64,000 nucleotides of DNA, from assembly GCA_963747695.1 (NCBI GenBank), contig CAVVFV010000008.1:75592-139591 (forward strand), read 5' to 3'. This stretch comes from Candidatus Falkowbacteria bacterium (GTDB lineage Bacteria; Patescibacteriota; Patescibacteriia; Patescibacteriales; WJLG01). A model generated the notes under the pieces. It saw nothing but the letters and a program-made list of their open reading frames with translations, was not told where the DNA came from and did not search any database. Numbering within the stretch: the stretch's first letter is position 1; every line of letters starts with the position of its first letter. Below, in pieces: positions 12,201 to 24,200 of this stretch. Made by a program: the position numbers and the translations under genes.

Positions 12201-15200
12201 TTCCCCGTTATTGGTATGGCCGCGCCAGCTCGGGCAATGCTAACAATATGAACGACGGCAACAACTATAATCCGATGGGCCCGCTGCTTGCCAGCGATAA
12301 ACTGGTTTTTAATTCCGGCGCCACTTCCTCGGCTGCCACCGCCGATTTGACCGCCGGTTCGATCACCGTCAATCCGGCCTTTACCGGCAACTGGTCGATT
12401 TCGGGCCGCAATCTTATTTCCAGCAGTTCAGTGATCATCAACGGTACCGGCGGCTCGGTCAATTTGGGCAATAGCATAACCATCAGCAATCCATTGTCTA
12501 CTTTGCATATTGGAAATTCCGTTGGCACGGCCACGTTTAGCAGTTGCGCAATAACTTTCAATGGACCAGGATCGACTTTGGATATTATCAAGAGCGGCAC
12601 CATTAAATCTTTGACACTCGGCGCCAGCGCCGCGGTGACCGCCAGTTCATCGGCAACTTTCTTGTCCGCGACCGCGCCGCTGATTTTGGGCAATAATTCA
12701 ACGCTCATCATCAATGCGGGCAAGTCGTTGAATTTCAACCGTTCAACTTCGGGAGACCTCTTCTCGCTCGGCACCGGCTATACCATCACTAACAACGGCT
12801 TATTTGAATTCTGGGCTCATGATAACGGGACAGTGCTAACAGTTCCGGCTTTGACGGTTGGCGGATCCGGTGAAATAGACTTTACTGATTGGGGTACCCT
12901 TACTGCTACTTACAGTTTCACCGGGGCGCAGAATTATGGCGCCAATACTTTGTATCTGGCCACTAGTTTTAGTGACGGCCAGATTACTTATAATATCAAT
13001 AGCCAAAATATAGCTTGCGGAGCTTTAAACGCCGGCCCGCGAAATTCGCAGACAACGGGTTATGAGATAATAAATTATGGTAGCGGCAATATTTTCTGCA
13101 CCTCGTACACTGGATCCAGTTATGCGGCTACGGAAAATCTGGGCACTTCCCAATGGAGCGTAACCGGAAACTGGACGATGGGGTCGACGCATACGATTGT
13201 CGCGAGTACTTCGCTGGTCACTTTCAAAAATTCTGCCACCATCACTTCTAACGGCCAAAGTTTTTATGATTTGACGCTGGCCTCTTCTTCCAAAACTTTC
13301 ACCTTGGGCGACGCGCTTTCCGCCCACACTTTGAATCTTTCCGCAGGCACGCTTAACACCAATGCCAAGAATGTTTCCTTGAGCGGCAACATCACTTTGG
13401 CGTCGGCCGCCACCTTTACCGCCGCCGGCAGCGCTTTCACTTTCACCGGCACGCCGACCATCACCGCCAACGGCAAGAGTTTCCCGGTCAGCACCTTTAA
13501 TAATGGCGCGACTTTTGCCGACAACGTGACTTTTGCCCGGGCGATCTTTACTCCCAACAAGACTTATACTTTCACCCACGGCATTAACTTTACTTTGACT
13601 TCCTACACGGCAGGGGACTGGAACGGCACGGTCGGCAATCCGGTAACTTTGCAATCGGATTCTTCGGGCCAAGCTTGGAATTTTATCAATCCGGCCGGGA
13701 TGGCCGTCTCGCATGTTGCCGTCAAAGATTCGACGGCGAGCAATGATATCAATGCCGGAAACGGAACCAACGTCGACAATGGCGGCAATAATGTTCACTG
13801 GATCTTCCCGCCGACCGCGCTTAATCCTTTAACCCGGATCGCTTCCACGACGACGGCGATCAAGCTTGGTTTTCCCGCGCCGGTCGTGGAAACTAATTTT
13901 TCGCAGTATAAGATTTTTTACCGCCTCGGGTCGACGACGCCGATCCATGAAACCGATTCGCTCTGGAGTTCCAGCTCCGATCCCAACTTGGGCTCGCTTA
14001 ATTTCAATGGCAAATCTTCAACCACCATCACCGGTCTTGCCGGCGGGACTGTTTATAGTTTCTCCATCTGGGCCTATGACAAGCTCGGCGATAAAGCCAG
14101 TTCATCTCTCATCTGGGATCGCACCGACCGCGCGCCCAATGTTATGGCCTTCAATTCGGCGGCGGAACGAATCGATGCTTCGGGGAAAGTGGATATCAGC
14201 TTCAACGCCAATGATCCGGATCTGGATAACTTGTCGGCCAAAGTCGAATACGTGGCCCGACCAGGAGCCAGTTGCGATTTTGCCGCGCCTCTCGTTCCCA
14301 CCTTGGATGAGACCGACGCCAATACCACGGCTCACTGGGGCGATCCCAAAGTGCAGAATAAAAATACTTATCAGATCGGTACGACTACCGGTTGGATCTT
14401 GTCGTCTTCGACACCTAACACGGTGAATTTTGTCTGGCTCTCCCGGAGTAATCTGCCGGCTGGCGACGGGGTTTATTGTCTGCGTTTGACGGCTAATGAT
14501 AATCGCGGCGGGACGCTATCCGCGACCACTTCTTTGATCATTGATAACGCCGCGCCGACTAATCCCGGTCCGCTCATCTTGAACAAGCACAGCAACACGA
14601 GCATCACCGCCAATCTTAACGCCTCATCATCGGAAAGCAATTTTGTCCAGTATAAGATTTTTTATAAAGCGGGACCGAGCGGCGTTAAGCAAACGGATAT
14701 TTTGTTCGGCTCGTCAACCGCGCCGGGCGATTCAGTGCTCGGACAAATCGATTTTAGCAAACATACCACTACCACTTTCACCGGTCTCACTCCGGGAACT
14801 AATTATGTTTTCAATATCTGGGCTTATGATCAATATGGCAATAAAGCGAGCGGCTCGCCCGAATTCTCCGCGACTACTAAAAGTTACCCGTCGGCCGCCC
14901 AAGCGATGGTCCAGTATCACGGTGACGGTACAACTGTCGTGAATAACGGCAATTGGGTTATCGTCAACGATATGAATTTTTTTGCCACTTCCACCGACGC
15001 CGATTCTGACGCGATCACTCTCTACTATCAATTAGCCACCACTTCGGGAAGTTTTCTTACCGCCACCTCGGCGCCGGCTAATGCTTGTTCATCGGGAACG
15101 TCTTACGCTTCCTGTCCCGCCAAAGTTTGGTACACTCCGTCCTCAATCAAAAAAGTCGATATCAAGGATATTCCCGACGGAGATTATCAATGGCAAGCGC

Positions 15201-18200
15201 TCGCTTGCGATGCTGACGGCTGCGCCAGAACCTGGAAGGTATTCGATTCCTCGGTTCCCAACTTTAAAATTGATACCGCTCCGCCGACTCCGCCTAATCC
15301 GCTGTTAAGGATAGCTTCGACGACTGATACGATTAAGTTAGGTTTGCCGGGTCCGATCTTGATCGACAATTTTTCCCAGTTTAAAATTTTCTACCGGATT
15401 GGCTCGACGACTCCGATCCGCGAAACCGATACGCTCTGGGGCTCAAGTTCAGATCCTAATTTGGGCATCGACAATTTCAACGGTAAGTCATCAACAACTA
15501 TTACCGGATTGAATCCGGCAACCGTATATAGTTTTGCCATCTGGGCCTATGATCTGGCCGGCCACAAAGTCAGCTCGACTTTGATGTGGGAGCGCACTGA
15601 CCGCAACCCCGTTTTGATCATCAATTCCGCGGCCGAGCGCGTTGATTCATCAGGCAACGCCGATCTTTCTTTTGCCGCCGATGATCCTGATCAAGAGAGC
15701 GAGCTGATGGTCCGAGTTCAATATTTTACTGACCAATATTGCCATTCAGCGGCCAATCAAACTTATCTTGATGAAACCGACGCCAACACCACCGCGACTT
15801 ACGGCGATCCGAAAGTTCAGAATAAAAATACTTACCAGATCGGCACCAGCACCGGCTGGATCTATAACACTTCCGGCGCCAACACGGTCAATACGGTTTG
15901 GCTCACTCGTAATGATCTGCCGGTCGGGGATGGCACTTATTGTCTTAAACTGACGATTAACGATAATCGCGGCGCTACCGGGGAGGCGACCACTTCGATT
16001 ATCATCGATAATGTTAATCCGACCACGCCGGGCAGCTTAACTTTGAATAAAAAGAATGACGGTTCGGTCACGGTGAATTTCGGTTCGTCGACCGTCGAAA
16101 CCAACTTCGCCCCTTATAAAATATATTATAAAGTCGGCGCCAGCGGGGTGAAGCAGACTGATTCGTCTTGGACGGCGGCGGATGATCCGGCGTTGGGAGC
16201 GCAAGATTTTTCCGGGCACTCGACGACTACTATCACCAGTCTTGATTCCGGCATCAGCTATACTTTTAATATTTTCGCTTACGATTATTATGGCAACGTG
16301 GCTTCGGGCACGGCTGAACTGGCGACGACGACCAAGCACTTTCCGGCTAACCCTTCCGGCGCGTACCAGTACCGCTCCGACGGTGTAACTTTGATTGCTA
16401 ACGGAACCTTCACCACCGAGGATGAAGTCAAGCTGACGGCAACTTCCACCGATGCCGATTCCGATTCAATCACCCTCTATTACCAATTGGCCACCACTTC
16501 GGGAACATTTCTGACCGCCACGACCGCCCCGGCCAATGCCTGCTCATCCGGCACGGCTTATGCCGCGTGCCCGGCGCGAGTTTGGTATGCTCCGGCGCCG
16601 ATCAAGCAAGCCGATTTGAAGAATATTCCCGATAATGATTACAAATGGCAGGTGCTCGCTTGCGACTCCGACGGCTGCGCGAGAAATTGGACCGCGTTCA
16701 ACGGCTCCATTCCCAACTTCCGGATCGGCGCGGTTCCGCCGTTCACTCCTGATCCGTTGACCAGGATCGCTTCCACCTCGGTTTCCATCAAACTCGGTTT
16801 CCCGGCGCCGGTCACCGTTTCCACCTTCGCGCAGTATAAGATCTATTACCGGGTCGGCTCGACCACGACGATTCATGAAACCGATTCGCTCTGGAGCTCA
16901 AGCTCTGATCCGAATCTGGGCAGCCATACTTTCAACGGCAAATCTTCCACTACCATTACCGGATTGAATCCGGCCACGGTCTACAGTTTCTCGCTCTGGG
17001 CCTATGACCAAGCCGGCAATAAATCCAGCTCGACTCTGGTCTGGGATCGCACCGACCGCAATCCGACGATCGATATCAATAACCGGGCGGAAGAAACCAA
17101 TGGCACGGGCAAGGTCGATCTCTCTTTCTCGGTCAATGATCCGGATGCCGACGACCAGGTGATGGCGCAGGTTCAATATTTCACCGACCAAAATTGCCAT
17201 TCATCCGGCAACCAAACCTATCTCGATGAAACCGACGCCAATACCACCGCCACTTATGGTGATCCCAAAGTGCAGAACAAGAATACTTATCAGATCGGCA
17301 CTTCGACCGGTTGGATCATCACTTCCTCGGGATCGAATGCGGTCAATACGATCTGGCTATCCAAAAATGATCTGCCCGTCGGGGACGGAACCTATTGCCT
17401 CAAATTCTCGGTTAATGATAACCGCGGCGGTCTTGCTTTTGCCACTTCCTCGCTTATCATCGATAATAAAGCTCCGGCCAATTTCGGTCCGCTGACTTTG
17501 TCCAAGAAAAACGATAATTCAATCACGGTCAATTTTAATTCTCCGGCCGAGGAATCTAATTTCTCTCAATATAAGATTTATTATAAAGCGGGCGGCTCGG
17601 GCGTAAAACAGACCGATTTGCTTTTCGGCTCTTCTTCGGATTCAGCTCTTGGCCAGCTCGATTATTCCGGCCACGCCACTACCACCATCACCGGCCTCAA
17701 CGTCGCCACCGCCTATGTCTTCAATCTTTTTGCTTATGACGCTTACGGCAACCTGGCTTCGAGCACTCCGGAATTGAATACTTCGACTAAATCATTCCCA
17801 GCGATCCCTTCCGGTCTTACCCAATATCGCGCCGACGGAGTTACCACTATTCTCAATGGCACCTTCATCACCCAAAATGAGGTTAATCTTTTCGCCACCA
17901 GCACTGATACTGATTCTGACCCAATCACTCTTTATTACCAATTGGCCACCACCAGCGGTTCAGATCTTACCGTCACCTCCACGCCGGTGAATGCTTGCGC
18001 CTCAGGTACAGCTTATGATTCCTGTCCGTCCCGAGTTTGGCAGACGCCGGCCGCGACCAAAAAAGTTGATCTTAAAACTTTGCCCGATCTCGATTATAAA
18101 TGGCAAGTGCTCGCTTGCGACGCTGACGGCTGTTCAAGAAATTGGCAATCGTTTAATGTGTCTGTTCCCAACTTCCGGATCGGCGCGGTCGCGCCAAGCC

Positions 18201-21200
18201 AGCCCGATCCGCTAACCAGACTGGCCTCGACTACGGTTTCAATCAAACTCGGTTTCCCCACGCCGGTAACAGCTTCCACCTTTCGTCAGTATAAGATTTA
18301 CTACCGGCTCGGTTCGACGACGTTGATTCACGAAACCGATACGCTTTGGGGTTCAAGTTCTGATCCGAATTTAAGCAGTATTATTTTTAATGGCAAATCC
18401 TCGACCACGATCACCGGGCTTACTTCGGGCACGGTCTACAGTTTCTCACTTTGGGCTTATGATCTGGCTGGCAATAAATCCAGTTCGACTTTGGTTTGGG
18501 ATCGCACCGACCGCAACCCGACGCTAGCTATCAATTCGGTGGCTGAACAGATCGACGGCTCAGGCAAGGTTGATATTTCTTTCGCGGCAAATGATCCGGA
18601 TCTTGATGACCTTGTGATGGCGCGAGCGCAATATTTCACCGATCAGAATTGCCATTCAGCCGGCAATCAAGCTGAGATTGATGAAACTGACGCCAACACT
18701 ACCGCGACTTACGGCGATCCGAAAGTGCAGGATAAAAATACTTATCAGATCGGCACTACGACCGGCTGGATCCTCACTTCCTCGGGCGCTAATACGATTG
18801 ATACGGTTTGGCTCTCCAAAACCGATCTTCCCGCTGGCGATGGAACCTATTGCCTGCAGTTGGCGGTCAACGATAATCGTGACGGCCTTGCTATCGCTAC
18901 CACCTCATTTATCATCGACAACCAAGCCCCGACCAATTTCGGCCCGTTGACATTCAGTAAGAAAAACGACACTTCGATTACAGTCAATCTCGGTTCGGCG
19001 GCCTCGGAAAATCATTTCCAAGCTTATAAGATCTATTACAAGATCGGTACTTCGGACGTTAAACAAACGGATTCGGTTTTTGATTCGACTAATGATTCGG
19101 ATTTGGGCTATCTTGATTTTTCAAATGCGGCTACTACCACGATCAGCAATCTTGATTCCGGCACCCCCTATGTTTTCAATCTATTCGCCTACGATCTTTA
19201 CGGCAACGTGGCTTCTGGCACCCCCGAATTTTCAACGACGACCAAAGCATTCCCGGCAGCGCCTTCGAGCCTGGATCAATTCGAAGCCGACGGCGTGACG
19301 CCGATCACCAACAAGGCAATCATTGTCGAGAATGAGGTCAAACTCTTTGCCACCTCCACCGATGCCGACAACGATCCGATCACTCTCTATTACCAGTTAG
19401 CTACTTCTAGCGGAATATTCTTGACGGTTACCACCACTCCGGCCGCGGCCTGCTCATCGGGCACGGCTTATGCCGCCTGTCCTTCCCGAATCTGGTCGGC
19501 GACCGCCGCCACTAAAGAAGTCGATATCACCGCGATTCCTGACGGCGATTTCAAGTGGCAAGTATTAGCCTGCGACGCCGATGGCTGTTCGAGGAATTGG
19601 CTGGCGTTCAATGCCTCGACTCCCAACTTCCGCATCGGCATGGCTGCGCCCTCCGTTCCTGATCCGTTAATACGCCTGGCTTCCACCACGGTTTCCATCA
19701 AGCTCGGTTTCCCTTCGCCGATAACCGCTTCCACCTTCAGCCAATACCGGATTTATTACCGCCTCGGTTCGACGACGCCGATCCACGAAACTGATCAGCT
19801 CTGGAGCTCGAGCTCCGACCCGAATCTGGGTGATATTAATTTTAACGGCAAATCTTCAACAACTATCACCGGCCTCACGCCGGGGACGGTTTACAGCTTC
19901 TCGCTTTGGGCCTACGATTTGTCCGGCCGCAAAACCAGTTCTACCTTGATGTGGGATAGAACTGATCGCAATCCGACGCTGGCGATAAATTCTCTTGCCG
20001 AAAAAGTAAATGGTACGGGCAGGGTCGATCTGGCTTTCGCGGTCAATGATCCGGATCAGGATGACGAGGTCATGGCGCGGGTCCAATATTTTGCCGACCA
20101 GAATTGTCATTCGACCGGCAACCAGACTTATCTTGATGAAACCGATTCGGCCACTACGGCCACTTATGGCGATCCGAAAGTACAAAATAAAAATACTTAT
20201 CAGATCGGCACTTCGACCGGCTGGATCTTGACTTCATCAGGCGTCAACACGGTCAAGACGATTTGGCTTTCCTCTGACGATCTGCCTGCCGGCGACGGTA
20301 CTTACTGCGTTGAATTGACGGTCAACGATAACCGCGGCGCGCAAGCCGTGGCCACTACTTCGGTCGCGATCGACAACGTTGCTCCGACGCGGCCGGGAAA
20401 TTTATCACTATCCAAGAAGAATGATAATTCGGTGACGCTCGAATTCGGTTCGGCCACGGTGGAAAATCATTTTAAAGAATATCGCATCTACTATAAAGAG
20501 GGGACAAGCGGCGTCAAAGATACTGATTCACTCTGGAGTTCCTCCTCCGATCCGCTGGCTTTGGGTTATATCGATTATTCCGGGCATGGCACCACGACCG
20601 TTACCGGTCTTAATCCGGGGACGACTTATGTTTTCAATATTTTCGCCTACGATACGACAGGCAATGTTGCCGCGGCTACGGCGGAATTCACTACCAATAC
20701 CAAATCATTCCCGGCAATCCCTTCCGGCCTTGAGCAATATCGCGCCGACGGCACAACCATAATCTCCCTTGGTTCAATTATCAATCAAAATGAGCTTAAT
20801 CTTTTCTCCACTTCCACTGACGCTGATTCTGATTCAATCACTCTCTATTATCAATTGGCCTCGACTTCCGGTTCATACCTCACTGCCACTTCCGCTCCGG
20901 CCAATGCCTGCTCTTCGGGCACAGCTTGGGACAGCTGTCCCGCGAGAATTTGGTATGCTACCGCGATTACTAAAAAAGTCGACATCAAAACCGTCCCCGA
21001 CAATGATTACCAGTGGCAAGTTTTGGCCTGCGATGTTGACGGCTGCTCGCGAAGCTGGAAAATTTTCTCTGCCTCGGTTCCTAATTTCGCCATCGATACC
21101 ACGCCGCCTTCCACGCCTAATTCTTTAACCCGCCTCGCTTCTTCCACAGATTCCATTAAGTTCGGTTTACCCGCCCCGGTTACGGAAATCCATTTCGCGC

Positions 21201-24200
21201 AGTATAAGATCTATTACCGGGTCGGCTCGACCACGACGATTCATGAAACCGATTCGCTCTGGAGCTCAAGCTCTGATCCGAATCTGGGCAGCCATACTTT
21301 CAACGGCAAATCTTCCACTACCATTACCGGATTGAATCCGGCCACGGTCTACAGTTTCTCGCTCTGGGCCTATGACCAAGCCGGCAATAAATCCAGCTCG
21401 ACTCTGGTCTGGGATCGCACCGACCGCAATCCGACGATCGATATCAATAACCGGGCGGAAGAAACCAATGGCACGGGCAAGGTCGATCTCTCTTTCTCGG
21501 TCAATGATCCGGATGCCGACGACCAGGTGATGGCGCAGGTTCAATATTTCACCGACCAAAATTGCCATTCATCCGGCAACCAAACCTATCTCGATGAAAC
21601 CGACGCCAATACCACCGCCACTTATGGTGATCCCAAAGTGCAGAACAAGAATACTTATCAGATCGGCACTTCGACCGGTTGGATCATCACTTCCTCGGGA
21701 TCGAATGCGGTCAATACGATCTGGCTATCCAAAAATGATCTGCCCGTCGGGGACGGAACCTATTGCCTCAAATTCTCGGTTAATGATAACCGCGGCGGTC
21801 TTGCTTTTGCCACTTCCTCGCTTATCATCGATAATAAAGCTCCGGCCAATTTCGGTCCGCTGACTTTGTCCAAGAAAAACGATAATTCAATCACGGTCAA
21901 TTTTAATTCTCCGGCCGAGGAATCTAATTTCTCTCAATATAAGATTTATTATAAAGCGGGCGGCTCGGGCGTAAAACAGACCGATTTGCTTTTCGGCTCT
22001 TCTTCGGATTCAGCTCTTGGCCAGCTCGATTATTCCGGCCACGCCACTACCACCATCACCGGCCTCAACGTCGCCACCGCCTATGTCTTCAATCTTTTTG
22101 CTTATGACGCTTACGGCAACCTGGCTTCGAGCACTCCGGAATTGAATACTTCGACTAAATCATTCCCAGCGATCCCTTCCGGTCTTACCCAATATCGCGC
22201 CGACGGAATTACGGTCATACCCAATGGCGCTTTTGTCAATCAAAATGAAGTCAATCTTTTCGCCACCAGCACTGATGCCGATTCCGATCCTATCACTCTT
22301 TATTATCAGCTAGCGACGACCAGCGGTTCGTATCTTACCGCCACCACGACTCCGGCCGCTTCTTGCGCGAGCGGCACGGCTTATGGTTCTTGTGCCGCGA
22401 AAATTTGGCGCAACGATTCCCCGGCTGACATTAAAGACATCCCCGATGGCAGCTATAAATGGCAGGTGTTAGCCTGCGATGCTGACAGCTGCGCGCGAAA
22501 TTGGCAGGCCTTTGACGCCGGTACGCCAAACTTTACGGATGACAACACCGCCCCGACCGTCCCCGGTAATCTATCCTTAAGCAAAAAAACCGATACTTCA
22601 ATCGATCTCTATTTTGGCTCGTCTACCGATGAAACTAACTTTAGTCAATACAAAATTTTCTACAAAGTCGGCTCCTCGGGCGTGACCGAGAGCGATCTGC
22701 TCTTTGGTTCGTCGTCCGATGCGGCGTTAGGTTCGCAAACGTATCTTTCCCATGCCACCACTTCTATTTCCGGTCTCAATGCCGGCACGCAATATGTTTT
22801 CAAAATTTTTGCTTATGATTCGGCGGGAAATAAATCCAGCTCTTCTGAATTCACCGCGGCGACCAAAAGTTTCCCGGCGGCCGCGGACCACCTGGATCAG
22901 TACCGCGCCGATGGAGTTACCGAAATTGCCAATCATTCCTTGTTGAACATCGACGAAGTCAAACTTTTTTCGAGCACCACGGACGCCGACAGTGATCCAA
23001 TTACGATTTATTATCAGTTGGTTACTTCTTTGCCGTCTTTCTTGACGGCTACCTCTGTTCCGAATAATGCCTGTTCTTCCGGCACGATTTATTCCGCCTG
23101 TACCAGCAAGGTTTGGTCAGCCGCCAACGACGTGCAAGTTGATCTCGTTAGCATTCCTTATGGAACTTATGAATGGCAGGCCTTGGCTTGCGATAACGAT
23201 GGTTGTTCCCGAACCTGGACAAAATTCAATGCCGTTACTCCCAACTTCATCCTGGCCAGCTCCAACCTTTCCACGCCCGGTCCTTTGACCGCAATCGCTT
23301 CCAGTTCCGCTTCGATCAAACTTGGCTTCCCGGCTCCGGTCACGGGCGTCGGTTTCGTGCAATATAAAATCTTTTATCATCTCGGCTCGACGACGCCAGT
23401 TCACGAAACCGATTCGCTCTGGGGTTCCAGCTCTGATCCTAATTTGGGAGACATCGGTTTCAACGGCAAATCTTCGACGACCGTCACCGGCCTAACTGCC
23501 GGCACGACTTACAGCTTTTCGATCTGGGCTTACGACAATTACGGCGGTAAAACCAGTTCGACGATGATCTGGGTGCGTACTGATCGCTTACCGACCATTA
23601 TTTTCAATTCCGCCGCTGAACGAGTCAACGGTACCGGCGTGGTGGACGTTTCCGTGGTGGTCAACGATCCGGACAAAGATAATCAAGTGATGGCGAAAGT
23701 GGAATACTCGGCCGGGTCGAGTTGTGATTTCTCCAGTCCCGCCAAAGCGACGCTTGACGAGCGGTCCGGTCATTCAAGCGCCAGCTTCGGCATTCCGGTC
23801 GTCAGGAATAAAAATGCTTATCAGGTCGGCACCAGCACCGGCTGGATCCTCACTTCCTTCGGGCAGAATACCGTTAATTTCGAATGGCCGAGTAAAATCG
23901 ACCTGCCAACCGGCGATAATAGTTATTGTCTGCGGGTGACGGTTAATGATAATCGCGGCGGTACCGCGTCGGCTACCAGAATTTTGACGATTGATAATGC
24001 TCCGCCGGCATCGTTTGGGCCCCTGACCTTGGATTTGAAAACTTTGAATTCCGTGACTCTTTTCTTCGGCTCGGCCGCCACGGAAAACAATTTCCGCCAG
24101 TACAAGATTTATTATAAAGCGGGGACCAGCGGCGTTACGGAAAAAAATATCTTGTTCGGCTCTTCTTCGGATCCGGCGCTCAATGACCAGAATTATCTGG

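Larger units (their letters stand above)
13809..22545 (+). repeat. Six head-to-tail ~1.455-kb coding supermodules (FN3 'R-type' / C module / FN3 'K-type' / A module)
   Basis: Supermodule starts (..P.PL.R.AST..SIKLGFP) lie near 13809, 15283, 16733, 18190, 19642 and 21100, with the end near 22545. The CAGAA(T/C)AA(A/G)AATACTTATCAGATCGG landmark (imperfectly conserved between copies) recurs at 14354, 15828, 17273, 18728, 20183 and 21641, giving spacings of 1445-1474 nt. Confidence 0.85.

Noticed and set aside
16898-17495. Identical small ORF pairs (16898..17200 - = 21266..21568 -; 17226..17495 + = 21594..21863 +) that might look like conserved duplicated small genes
   Set aside because: They are simply off-frame readings of the perfect 1,014-bp intragenic duplication. 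They are useful as confirmation of the repeat, not as genes.
13809-22545. Regularly spaced repeats that could suggest a CRISPR array or satellite
   Set aside because: The period is ~1,455 nt, the repeats are in-frame protein modules of one ORF, and there is no short direct repeat/spacer organisation and no cas genes. This is not CRISPR.
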